Origin: Spirochaetia bacterium
GTDB lineage: Bacteria; Spirochaetota; Spirochaetia; SZUA-6; Bin103
DNA length: 64,000 nt
Reading direction: 5' to 3'
Assembly (NCBI GenBank): GCA_965203905.1
Contig: CBDBDQ010000005.1
Span: forward strand, 1,088,001-1,152,000
Part shown: one piece after another, positions 51,891-60,779 of the stretch
How the letters are laid out: every line of letters starts with the position of its first letter
Position numbering within the stretch: position 1 is the first letter of the stretch
Translations under genes and position numbers: made by a program
Notes under the pieces: model-generated
The model's input: only the letters and a program-made list of their open reading frames with translations
Told to the model about the DNA's origin: nothing
The model's database searches: none

Positions 51891-54218
51891 TCATCGCTCC
51901 AGCGTCGCCACGAGCCGTGCGCTCGCGGTGAGCTCGGTGATCTCGATGGTCTCGTCATCGTGGCGCCGGTGTGACGCGCCATCCAGCGTCAGCGCCGCGA
52001 TGCGGCGGAGGTCCGGATGCCGCAGGCGCAGGAAGGTGCGGGCAGGCGGGTGGTGCCACTCGACGGCAATGCTGGCACCCAGCCGGCCGGCGCCGCCGGG
52101 ATCGCCGACGCCCGTGCTGGCGATGACCAGGGACACGAATCCGAAGATGGTCGCCGCGCGCTTGACTTCCAGCCTCTGACCCGGCGCCAGCCACTCGCGC
52201 GGCGTAGCCCGACCCAGCCACAGGGTGTCGCCTTCCTCCTGCACCAGCAGCATGCGCACCATGCGCAGGAGCTGCGCCAGCGAGTGCAGGTGCGGTTGCG
52301 GCATCGCGCACCAATCGAAGCGCCTGCTCGCGGGCGTGTAGGGTCCCTCGCCGGTGGTGATCAGCGAGCACTCCGGCGGCGCGAAGGTTCCCTTCGACAT
52401 GCCGTACGCCATCAGGCCGCGGTAGGTGAGCAGGTAGCGGGCGACGCGGTCGTGGCGCAGGTTGGTCAGGGCGTAGCCGTAGACGAAGTGGGCGTCGATG
52501 CCGAGCTCCGCGTGCTCCGCTCCCGGCGCCCGCCGGCGGCTGGGGAAGTTGCCCTGGAACGTGGACAGCCCCAGCACCAGCCCGCCGCGGGCCTCCAGGA
52601 AGTCGGCCACCACCAGCGCCAGTTCGTCGTCGTGCGGGAACAGCTCCGCCTCCAGCATGCGCGGCGCGAGGATGGCGTAGTAGTTGCCCTCGCGGCTGTC
52701 CGGCAGGTAGCCGTAGGCGTGCTCGCGGCCGGGCACCAGCGGCAGAAACGGCTGCGTTCCAGGCTCCAGGGCGCGCCGCATGGAGGCGAGCAGGTCGTCG
52801 CGGTAGGACTGCGCCTCGGCGCGGATGCGGCCGGCCGTGGCCGCGCCGAAGCGGGCCAACGCGGTCGCGGCCTCCTGCAGACCGGCCCAGTTGAGGGCGT
52901 CGGCGAGGTAGTCCTGGGCCACGGTGAGGCTGGCCACCTCGTCGACGCAGTACAGGTGGGCGGGCAGCAGCCCCCAGGTGAGCGGCCGCGACCCGTCGGC
53001 CTCCGGTTGCATGCTCTTGCGGCGCTCCCTGACGATCCACTCGCAGGCCCGCTCCACGTGGGGCAGCACGGTCGCGAACCAGGCGCGGTCGTCGCTCATC
53101 AGGTACAGCCGGCACAGCTCGCGCAACATGCTGCCGTGCTGATGGCTCACCCGCCGCTCGCCGGAGAACATGCCGTCCGGACGCTGCCACGCCAGCACCG
53201 ACGCGGCCACCAGCCGGGCCTCCTCGAAGTCGCCGCGGAACGCGAGCGTGTGCAGGTAGCAGGCGGCGGCGTGGCCGTAGAAGTGCTCGTAGAAGTCGGG
53301 CGCGTCGTGCGGCTCGACGCGCCCCTGCTCGCGCCCGCTCAGCAGCGCGCCGTAGATCGCCCAGGCGCGAAACGCGGCGCAGGTCTCCCGATCCGGGAGC
53401 TCGAGCTGCGCTCCGCGCTGCAGCCAGCCGCGCCAACTGCGCCTCGTGGCGGCCACCACCGCGCCGAACTCGGGGTCGGTGAGCGTGGCCCGCTGCGCCG
53501 GCGCCAGCGGCCGGCGGGCGAGCCGCAGCTCGACGCGGGCGCAGCCACCGGCCGGGACCGCCAGCACGCCCGCCAGGGTGTGGCCGCGCCACTCGGCGGT
53601 GGCGGCGAACGCCGCGTCGCAGGCGGCGATCATGCCGCCCTGATCCCACTCCACGAAGCGACCGTCGCGCACCAGCGCGTGGTCGCCGAAAGCGGCGGCC
53701 TCGGCGGCGCGCGCCTGCTGCAGCGTGAGGGCACGCTCGAAGGCAAAGCCAAGACGGACGCTGGCAGCGGCCCCGTTCGGATTGCATACCTCGAGCCGGG
53801 CCAGCGCCAGCAACGGGCGGTCGGGCGAGAGTTCCTCGCTGTAGCCGACCACGGTCTGCCGCAGCTCCAGGCCGGCGTGGCGCAGCGTGGTCACCACCAC
53901 CGGCAGGTAGCCGTCGAGCAACTCGTGGGTCGGCTCCGCTTCCAGCTCCCGCCACGGCCTCAACTCCTCCCCGAGCGCCATCCGCACCTGGGCGACGCCG
54001 ACGCTGACCAGGGTGCCGTCCCAGCACACGTGGATGCGGTCGCGGTGATGGGCTACCCCGACGATGGTGGAGTGGTAGCGGAGGGGAGGGAACGCCGCCG
54101 CCACCGCGTCCGCGCCCGGATCCTCTCCGGCGGCCGCCGCCCGCTCCAGCTCCGCTACCCGTTGCCGGGTCGGCCGGTCGAGAGACTGCATCAGCCGGTT
54201 GTCCGTTGCCGCGCACAT
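51891..54218 (-). CDS. Uncharacterised 775-aa protein, probable (alpha/alpha)6 six-hairpin glycosidase-like
   Basis: LLDGYLPVV beta-rich N-terminus, helical core (ACEWIVRERR...GLLP...DALNWAGL) and C-terminal beta-sandwich. Directly upstream of the sugar ABC permeases. Confidence 0.6.
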   Translation of the reverse strand: MCAATDNRLMQSLDRPTRQRVAELERAAAAGEDPGADAVAAAFPPLRYHSTIVGVAHHRDRIHVCWDGTLVSVGVAQVRMALGEELRPWRELEAEPTHELLDGYLPVVVTTLRHAGLELRQTVVGYSEELSPDRPLLALARLEVCNPNGAAASVRLGFAFERALTLQQARAAEAAAFGDHALVRDGRFVEWDQGGMIAACDAAFAATAEWRGHTLAGVLAVPAGGCARVELRLARRPLAPAQRATLTDPEFGAVVAATRRSWRGWLQRGAQLELPDRETCAAFRAWAIYGALLSGREQGRVEPHDAPDFYEHFYGHAAACYLHTLAFRGDFEEARLVAASVLAWQRPDGMFSGERRVSHQHGSMLRELCRLYLMSDDRAWFATVLPHVERACEWIVRERRKSMQPEADGSRPLTWGLLPAHLYCVDEVASLTVAQDYLADALNWAGLQEAATALARFGAATAGRIRAEAQSYRDDLLASMRRALEPGTQPFLPLVPGREHAYGYLPDSREGNYYAILAPRMLEAELFPHDDELALVVADFLEARGGLVLGLSTFQGNFPSRRRAPGAEHAELGIDAHFVYGYALTNLRHDRVARYLLTYRGLMAYGMSKGTFAPPECSLITTGEGPYTPASRRFDWCAMPQPHLHSLAQLLRMVRMLLVQEEGDTLWLGRATPREWLAPGQRLEVKRAATIFGFVSLVIASTGVGDPGGAGRLGASIAVEWHHPPARTFLRLRHPDLRRIAALTLDGASHRRHDDETIEITELTASARLVATLER

Positions 54219-54374
54219 GCTGCTAGTCGGGGCTGCGGGCGCCGTGGCCCGCGCTCCCTACGGTGGCACACGGCGCGGTTACGGCGCAACCGCCGCTCCT
54301 GAGGATGCGCGGCACTCGCACGCGCGGTGGACGTAAGGTTGGCCTGAGGATATGTTCGGCTGAGGGGTGCGGCG

Positions 54375-55976
54375 GTGCGCAGATTCAACACGGAAGGCCC
54401 GGTCCGGCCCGAACGGCACTACTGCATTCCGCCGCTGGCGCGGCTGGACGACGTGGACCGGGTGCTCGAACTGGTGCACGACATGCGCTACTTCGTGCTG
54501 CACGCGCCCCGGCAGACCGGCAAGACCTCTGCCCTGCTGGCCCTGCGCGACCTCCTGAACAGCGGCGCTGCCGGCGACCTGCACTGTGTGTACGTGAACA
54601 TCGAGCCGGCTCAGGCGCAACGCGAGAACGTGGAGCGGGCCATGCGCGTGATCGTCGGCCAAGTGGCGTCGCGCGCCCGTGCCTCCGGCGACGAGTTCCT
54701 GTACGGCGTCTGGACCGGCATCTTCGCGGCCTTTGGCGACGGTTCCCTGCAGGAGGCGTTGTCGCGCTGGGCCGAGGAGTCGCCCAGGCCCCTGGTGCTG
54801 CTCATCGACGAGATCGACACCCTGGTCGGGGACACCCTGATATCGGTGCTGCGGCAGCTCCGTGCGGGTTACGACCAGCGCCCCGAGCGCTACCCGCAGT
54901 GCGTGGTGCTGTGCGGGGTTCGCGACGTGCGCGACTACCGCATCCGGTCCAGCTCCGGCGAGATCATCACCGGGGGCAGTGCGTTCAACATCAAGGCGGA
55001 GTCGTTGCGGATCGGCGACTTCTCGGAGACCGAGACACGGGCCTTGCTGGCCCAACACACCGAGGAGACCGGCCAGGCGTTCACCGCGGGCGCCAGCGCG
55101 GCGGTGTGGCGGCAGACGCAAGGCCAGCCGTGGCTGGTGAACGCGCTGTGCGAGCGTGCCTGCTTCCGCGGCGAAGCGCGCCGCGACCGCAGCCGTCCGG
55201 TCACGGAGGACACCATCCTCGAAGCGCAGGAGCAACTGATCCTGGCACGCGAGACGCACCTCGACCAGCTTGCCGACAAGCTCGACGAGGACCGGGTGCG
55301 GCGGGTGATCGAGCCGCTGCTGCGGGGCGACGACGAAGGCGAGTTCGCGGCGGCGAACCTGGAACATGCGCGCGACATTGAGTACGTGCGCGACCTGGGC
55401 CTGATCGCCCGCCAGGACCCGGTGCGCATGGCCAACCCGATCTACGCCGAGGTGGTGCCGCGCGAGCTGTCCTACGCAACGCAGGCGCGGCTGGTGCAGG
55501 AGGTGGCGTGGTACGTGCGGCCGGATGGGGACCTGGACGTAAACAAGCTGATGGGAGCGTTCCAGACCTTCTTCCGCGAGCACTCCGAGCATTGGCTGGG
55601 GCGGTTCGACTATCGGGAGGCGGGGCCGCAGCTTCTGTTGCAGGCGTTTCTGCAGCGGCTCGTGAACGGGGGCGGGCGCATCGAGCGCGAGTACGGCCTG
55701 GGGTACGGCCGCACGGACCTGCTGATCGTATGGCCCTTCGGAGCCGGCGAGGTAACCCGGACCGTGATCGAGTGCAAGGTGCTGCACCGGCGCCACGGGT
55801 TGGAGACGACCATCGCGCATGGCCTGGAGCAGACCGCACGGTACATGGACCGCTGCGGCTCGCGGGTGGGGCACCTGGTCATCTTCGACCCGAGCCCCGA
55901 CAAGAGCTGGGACGAGAAGATATATCGGCGGGACGAGAGCTTCGGCGGGAGCTCGATCGTCGTGTGGGGGATGTAG
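54375..55976 (+). CDS. AAA-type ATPase with C-terminal PD-(D/E)XK-like domain
   Basis: MRRFNTEGP, APRQTGKTS, LLIDEID and SAFNIK; C-terminal REY..G.GRTDL...IECK. Confidence 0.85.
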   Translation: MRRFNTEGPVRPERHYCIPPLARLDDVDRVLELVHDMRYFVLHAPRQTGKTSALLALRDLLNSGAAGDLHCVYVNIEPAQAQRENVERAMRVIVGQVASRARASGDEFLYGVWTGIFAAFGDGSLQEALSRWAEESPRPLVLLIDEIDTLVGDTLISVLRQLRAGYDQRPERYPQCVVLCGVRDVRDYRIRSSSGEIITGGSAFNIKAESLRIGDFSETETRALLAQHTEETGQAFTAGASAAVWRQTQGQPWLVNALCERACFRGEARRDRSRPVTEDTILEAQEQLILARETHLDQLADKLDEDRVRRVIEPLLRGDDEGEFAAANLEHARDIEYVRDLGLIARQDPVRMANPIYAEVVPRELSYATQARLVQEVAWYVRPDGDLDVNKLMGAFQTFFREHSEHWLGRFDYREAGPQLLLQAFLQRLVNGGGRIEREYGLGYGRTDLLIVWPFGAGEVTRTVIECKVLHRRHGLETTIAHGLEQTARYMDRCGSRVGHLVIFDPSPDKSWDEKIYRRDESFGGSSIVVWGM

Positions 55977-56057
55977 GACCAACGGGGAGACCGGCGTGGC
56001 CGTCGGCCCGCTCGTTGCCACGGCGGAACGCGGAAAGGCCGCGCGGCCGGAGTCAGG

Positions 56058-56543
56058 TCACCCGGTGCTGCCGGCGCGGGGCAACTCCACCACCAGGTAG
56101 GCGCCCTCGCGCGCCACCGGGTAGGTCTCTGCTACGTAGGGGCCCTTGACCATGCCCGGAGCCGGTGCCTCGGGGTCGGCCGGCAACTCCGCACCGTCCA
56201 CCAGCGCCACCTCGTAGCGGCTCACCTTGAGGCGCTCGGGGGCGCACCACGACTGCCCGCTGCGCAAGTGGAACTCCCAGCCGTGCCACGGACAGGCCAC
56301 CACCTCGCGGCTCTCCCGGTACCGGTACTCGCCCGGCAGCGACGACTCCAGCACGCCCCAGAGCTGGCCCTCGCACAGCGCGCCGCCCTGGTGCGGACAG
56401 CGGTTGCGCAGCGCGAAGAACTCGCCGTCCACGTTGAATACGCCGATGGAGCGCCCGGCCACGGTCACGATCTTGCGCTCGCCCGGAGCGATCTCGCCTG
56501 CCGCGGCGACGACGTGGCGCGTGGTCTGTTGCCTACAGCCCAT
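56058..56543 (-). CDS. Small Rieske [2Fe-2S] ferredoxin
   Basis: NRCPHQGGALC...ACPWHGWEF. Confidence 0.92.
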   Translation of the reverse strand: MGCRQQTTRHVVAAAGEIAPGERKIVTVAGRSIGVFNVDGEFFALRNRCPHQGGALCEGQLWGVLESSLPGEYRYRESREVVACPWHGWEFHLRSGQSWCAPERLKVSRYEVALVDGAELPADPEAPAPGMVKGPYVAETYPVAREGAYLVVELPRAGSTG

Positions 56544-57660
56544 ACAGCGCGCGTGCGTTGTGGTACCGGATCCCCGCCTTGAGCTCCTCGGACAGGTTGT
56601 GCGGCAGCACCACGTCGGGATTGTCGCTGTCCCAATGCGGATAGTCGCTCGCCAGCATCAGGTGATCCGCCAGCGTCCCGAACTGCGCCAGCAGACGCTG
56701 GAAGTCGGCCGCGTGCGGCGGCTCCTCGATCGGCTGGGTCGAGAGGTAGAGATGCTCGGCGATGGTCTCGGACGGCAGCCGCGTCACGTGCGGCACCTCG
56801 GCGCGCAGCAGCTTCAAGGCCGCGTCCAGCCGCCACATCAGCGGCGGCACCCACGCGAACCCGCTCTCGATCGAGATCAGCTTGATGCCGAAACGATCGA
56901 ACGCGCCCTCCATCACCAGGCTGGTGACGTTGGCTTGCGCCGCCTGGGCCGCACTGATGTGGTCCTCGATGTAGTAGGAGGCATGGCCGGCGCCGGTAAC
57001 CGGCTGGCCGTAGGCACCGAAGGCGTGGGTGGCGACGTGCAGCCCTTCCTCGGCGCACGCCTCGTAGATCGGCCAGTACCGGCGCCGGCCCATCGGCTCC
57101 ACGTGGCGGCCCTGGAACAACACCTGCACGAAGCGGCGGTCGCGGGCCCGGCGGCGCACCTCGGCGGCGGCCGCCACCGGATCCTCCACCGCCACCATGA
57201 TCGAGGCGCGCAGCCGCGGGTCGCGGTCCAGCCACTCCGCGACCTGCCAGTCGTTGGTGGCCCGCGCCAGGGCCGTGGCCAACTCCAGGTCCCGCGCGAG
57301 ACAGGCGGCCGTCACCGGATTCAGCACCGCCCAGGCAACGCGGTAGGGATCGAGGAAGTGCCGGCGCGTGAACTCCAGCTCCGAGCCGGGACGGCGGCCG
57401 GACGGCGGGCGCGCATCCTCGCGCGGCCCCATGAAACGCGGGTAGTAGCCGCCGTTGGCGGTGCGCAGGCCGAACGTATCGAGATGATCGCGCCAGCGCC
57501 GCGAGAGGTATGGGTACAGGTCCTTGAGGGAGTCGATCTCGTTGTGCAGGTCGCAGTCGATGATCGCGGGTCGCGTCGGCGCGGCTGCCTCGGCGACGGC
57601 TGCCTCGGCGGCGGCTGCGGCCCGCCCATCGATCAGCGCTGCGGTTGCGGTCTGGCTCAT
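56533..57660 (-). CDS. Amidohydrolase_2 family protein, probable dinuclear oxygenase catalytic subunit
   Basis: DCDLH, ATHAF, IESG, TQPIEEP and SDYPHWD. GAGGAGG RBS. Overlaps the Rieske gene. Confidence 0.85.
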   Translation of the reverse strand: MSQTATAALIDGRAAAAAEAAVAEAAAPTRPAIIDCDLHNEIDSLKDLYPYLSRRWRDHLDTFGLRTANGGYYPRFMGPREDARPPSGRRPGSELEFTRRHFLDPYRVAWAVLNPVTAACLARDLELATALARATNDWQVAEWLDRDPRLRASIMVAVEDPVAAAAEVRRRARDRRFVQVLFQGRHVEPMGRRRYWPIYEACAEEGLHVATHAFGAYGQPVTGAGHASYYIEDHISAAQAAQANVTSLVMEGAFDRFGIKLISIESGFAWVPPLMWRLDAALKLLRAEVPHVTRLPSETIAEHLYLSTQPIEEPPHAADFQRLLAQFGTLADHLMLASDYPHWDSDNPDVVLPHNLSEELKAGIRYHNARALYGL

Positions 57661-57763
57661 GCTATTGCCTCCTCACCCCGGGCCGACCGCCAGCTTGCAT
57701 CGAAACCGGCGCAGTGTTCCAGTAACGATCCCGGCGCCAGTCGGAGCCGGGCAGCGGTGCTAG

Positions 57764-58453
57764 CTACTGGCCGCCGAACAGGCGCTGCGGCACCTGGAAT
57801 ACGGCGATCAGGTAGTAGAGGGAAATCGCGATCATCGCCGCGCCCGCGATGCGGTTGATCGGTGACTTGTAGCGGGTGAGGAAGCCGATCACCGTCCTGC
57901 CGAAGGTCGCGCCGGCCACCGCCAGCACCAGCAGCGGCGTCCCGATGCCGAGGGCGAAGATCACCGAGTTGAGCACGTTGAGACCGAAGTCGCCGACCGA
58001 GAGCGCCAGTTGCTTGGAGAAGAAGGCGCCGATGAAGCCGGGGTTGCAGGGCAGGATGATGAAGGCGAAGAAGGCGCCGTAGCCGAACGCGGCCGCCACG
58101 GGACGGCTGCTGCTCGGCGCCCGCACCACCGGGAACAGGCGGCTGAAGTCGACGTTGGCCAGCAGCAGCGCGCCGATCACCGCCAGCAGCGCGAAGGCGA
58201 TCGGCGAGGCGATGCCGGCGACGCCGGTGAGCGACAGCTCCAGCAGGGTGGAGAACACCAGCCCGATCGCCACCATGCAGGCGACCACGCCGGCCACCAC
58301 CGCCAGGCCGAGCAGCAGCGGAGAGCGCTGGTCGCCCTCCTGCCGGCGGTTGGACAGGAAGGCGATGAAGCCGGGGTAGAGCGGCAGCACGCACACCGCG
58401 GTCAGCGGCGTCGCGAGTCCGAGCAGATAGCTGGCGGCGAGGTTGGCGAGCAA
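57764..58453 (-). CDS. CcdA/DsbD-type transmembrane disulfide transfer protein
   Basis: About six transmembrane helices with two cysteine motifs, CVLPLYP and LPCNPG. Confidence 0.85.
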   Translation of the reverse strand: MLANLAASYLLGLATPLTAVCVLPLYPGFIAFLSNRRQEGDQRSPLLLGLAVVAGVVACMVAIGLVFSTLLELSLTGVAGIASPIAFALLAVIGALLLANVDFSRLFPVVRAPSSSRPVAAAFGYGAFFAFIILPCNPGFIGAFFSKQLALSVGDFGLNVLNSVIFALGIGTPLLVLAVAGATFGRTVIGFLTRYKSPINRIAGAAMIAISLYYLIAVFQVPQRLFGGQ

Positions 58454-58975
58454 TCAGGTCGCCGCAGCAGCGCAGGTGGCCACCTGCTCCTCGAGGAAGT
58501 TCACCCGCTTCACGCCGCGCCGCAGCATCTCGCGGACGTTCTGGTCGGGACAGATCAGCACCATCGGGGCGGACGGCGCATTCAGTATGCCGACACCGAA
58601 CTCCTCCTTCAGGGCGAGGATCAGCTCGACCGGTGCGACCGCGTAGTGCCAGTCGAAGCCGTGGCGCCCAAGGTGTGCGGCGACCTTGGCGCGGTCTTCG
58701 TTGGGGTCGGTGTTGAGAGCAATCGAAACCACCTCGTCGCCCACCTTCTCGTGCAGGGCGCGCACCTGTTTCTGCTGGTTGGTGCAGATCGGACACCAGA
58801 CCGCAAAGCTCTCCAGCAGCACCGGGGTGCCCGCGAACTCGGCAATGGTAAACGACTCACCGGTGCGGACATCGGTCAGCTCGATCGCCAGCCATTCGGC
58901 TGCCGCCTCCTCGTCGGTCGCCCAAGCGGTCGCGGCCAGAACAACAGTCAAGATAATTACAACGGTGGCTCGCAT
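58454..58975 (-). CDS. Exported TlpA/ResA-like thioredoxin
   Basis: Signal peptide and WCPIC active site. AGGAG RBS. Adjacent to ccdA. Confidence 0.85.
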   Translation of the reverse strand: MRATVVIILTVVLAATAWATDEEAAAEWLAIELTDVRTGESFTIAEFAGTPVLLESFAVWCPICTNQQKQVRALHEKVGDEVVSIALNTDPNEDRAKVAAHLGRHGFDWHYAVAPVELILALKEEFGVGILNAPSAPMVLICPDQNVREMLRRGVKRVNFLEEQVATCAAAAT

Positions 58976-59098
58976 AAGCTCCTACCCCCTACCGGTCTGA
59001 CGACTCGCAGGAGCGTTGATCTTACGCGGCGATCCGAGCACAGCGAACCACGACGAAGACGGCTTGCATCTTGCTGTCATTAGCAGCATACTGCATGC

Positions 59099-59335
59099 AT
59101 GGGGCGGTCAGTTACCATTCGCGATGTGCCCGACGCTGCGTGCGTGGAGCTTGCTTCCCGGGCCGCGGCGTCCGGGCGGTCGCTGCAGGAGTACCTCAGA
59201 ATGCAGCTCATCGAGTTGGCCGGACGCCCCGATCCCGAAGCGCTGGTGGCGCGCATCCGGGAACGCAAGCGGCATACCGGCACCCGGTTGCCGGCGGAGG
59301 CGATCCTCCGTCACCGGAACGCGGACCGGCGATGA
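59099..59335 (+). CDS. vapB: FitA/VapB-like ribbon-helix-helix antitoxin
   Basis: SVTIRDVPD...LASRAAASGRSLQEYLR. Stop overlaps the PIN gene start (ATGA). Confidence 0.85.
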   Translation: MGRSVTIRDVPDAACVELASRAAASGRSLQEYLRMQLIELAGRPDPEALVARIRERKRHTGTRLPAEAILRHRNADRR

Positions 59336-59730
59336 GCCTGGTCGCGGACGCCGGGTTCGTCGTGGCGGCCCTGGTGGACGGCGGCAAGGACGGCCTCTGG
59401 GCGGACGAGCTGCTGGCCGGAACCGACCTCGCGGCGCCGCACCTGATGCCGGTGGAAGCTGCCAACATCCTGCGGCGGGCGGCCCTCGCCGGGGATATCT
59501 CGCAGGACGTGGCAGCGTTGGCCCATATCGACCTGCTCGAACTGAGAGTCTCCCTCTTTCCTTATGCCCCCTTGGCCGAACGAGTCTGGGAACTGCGCGG
59601 GAACCTTACGGCCTACGATGCCTGGTACGTGGCCCTGGCGGAGGCCCTGGACTGCGAACTGGCCACCGTCGACCTTCGCCTGTCGCGAGCGCCGGGTTGC
59701 GGATGCGCGTTCCTGACCCCTCCCCGGTAG
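59332..59730 (+). CDS. vapC: PIN-domain toxin
   Basis: LVADAG, APHLMPVE, TAYDAWYVALAE and LATVD acidic PIN residues. Confidence 0.9.
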   Translation: MSLVADAGFVVAALVDGGKDGLWADELLAGTDLAAPHLMPVEAANILRRAALAGDISQDVAALAHIDLLELRVSLFPYAPLAERVWELRGNLTAYDAWYVALAEALDCELATVDLRLSRAPGCGCAFLTPPR

Positions 59731-59748
59731 GGGCCGAGGCCGGCTGCC

Positions 59749-60771
59749 TCACAGCCGGTATAGGGCGCGGGCGTTTTCGCTCCTGATCATCTCCTGCAAT
59801 GAGGGAGTGAGGTGCGGCAGCAGCGCGCTGTCGGGGTCGGCGACGTGGAGGTGGGGGTAGTCGCTGGTGTAGAGCAGCATCTGGTCGCCGCCGAGTTGGT
59901 CGACCACTTCCAGCAGCTGGCTGGCCGCCGGCGGGGCGTCGAGCGGCTGGATCCCCAGGCGCACGTACTCGCGCACGTACTCCGACGGGGGGCGGCGCAC
60001 CCACGGCACCAGCCGGCGCAGGTGCTTCCACTCCTTGTCCATGCGCCAGAGGTGGGCCGGCAGCCAGGTGAAGCCCGACTCCAGGAACGCCACCCGCAGC
60101 CGGGGGAAGGCGTCGAACACGCCCTCGACGATGATGCTGGAGAGCTGGGTGGCGAACACCTGGGCCATGGCCGCGTATTCCTCGATGAAGTAGGAGGGCC
60201 AGCCGGTTGGCGTCGGTGGCATCACCGGGGCGCCGCCGAAGTGAATCCCGGCCACCAGCCCGTGGCGTTCGACGCACTCCCACAGCGGGTGGAACAGCCG
60301 GCTCCCCAGCGGATGCTCGGTGCGCGCGGGAATCAGCACCTGGACGAATCCCGGCCGCTCCGCGACGCGATCGATCTCGGCCGCGGCCAGCGCGGGAATC
60401 TGGATCGGCACCACGATCGAACCACGCAGCCGCGGCTCCGGCTCAAGCCACTCGTGCGTCAGCCAGTCGTTCAGCGCCCGTGCCAGCGCCGCCGCCACGT
60501 CGGGGTTGTGCACGCTGTCCACCGCGTACAGGCAACTGCTGACCGCCACTTCCACCCCGGCGCTGTCGAACAGGTCGGTGCGCAGCCGTTGCAGGCTGCC
60601 GCCGGCCTCGCCGTCACCGCTGATCGGCGCCGCCTTGGGGTAGTAGTACTGGTTGGGTCCCTTGTCGAGGGTCTGGGAGAAGTGCTCGACCCAGTGCGCC
60701 GAAAGGTAGGGGAACAGCTCTTCGATGCGCGGGGTACGGATGTGGACGTCGGCGTCGACGAGCGAACCCAC
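59749..60771 (-). CDS. Amidohydrolase_2 family protein, probable partner subunit
   Basis: DADVH, GIHFGG and LESG, but QPLDAP and SDYPHLH instead of QPIEEP and DYPH(W/F)D. Confidence 0.85.
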   Translation of the reverse strand: MGSLVDADVHIRTPRIEELFPYLSAHWVEHFSQTLDKGPNQYYYPKAAPISGDGEAGGSLQRLRTDLFDSAGVEVAVSSCLYAVDSVHNPDVAAALARALNDWLTHEWLEPEPRLRGSIVVPIQIPALAAAEIDRVAERPGFVQVLIPARTEHPLGSRLFHPLWECVERHGLVAGIHFGGAPVMPPTPTGWPSYFIEEYAAMAQVFATQLSSIIVEGVFDAFPRLRVAFLESGFTWLPAHLWRMDKEWKHLRRLVPWVRRPPSEYVREYVRLGIQPLDAPPAASQLLEVVDQLGGDQMLLYTSDYPHLHVADPDSALLPHLTPSLQEMIRSENARALYRL

Positions 60772-60779
60772 GAGCGCGT

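Noticed and set aside
57583-57618. 15-bp tandem duplication near the 5' end of the amidohydrolase gene
   Set aside because: An in-frame Ala-rich linker expansion (AEAAV/AEAAA) with no sign of function.
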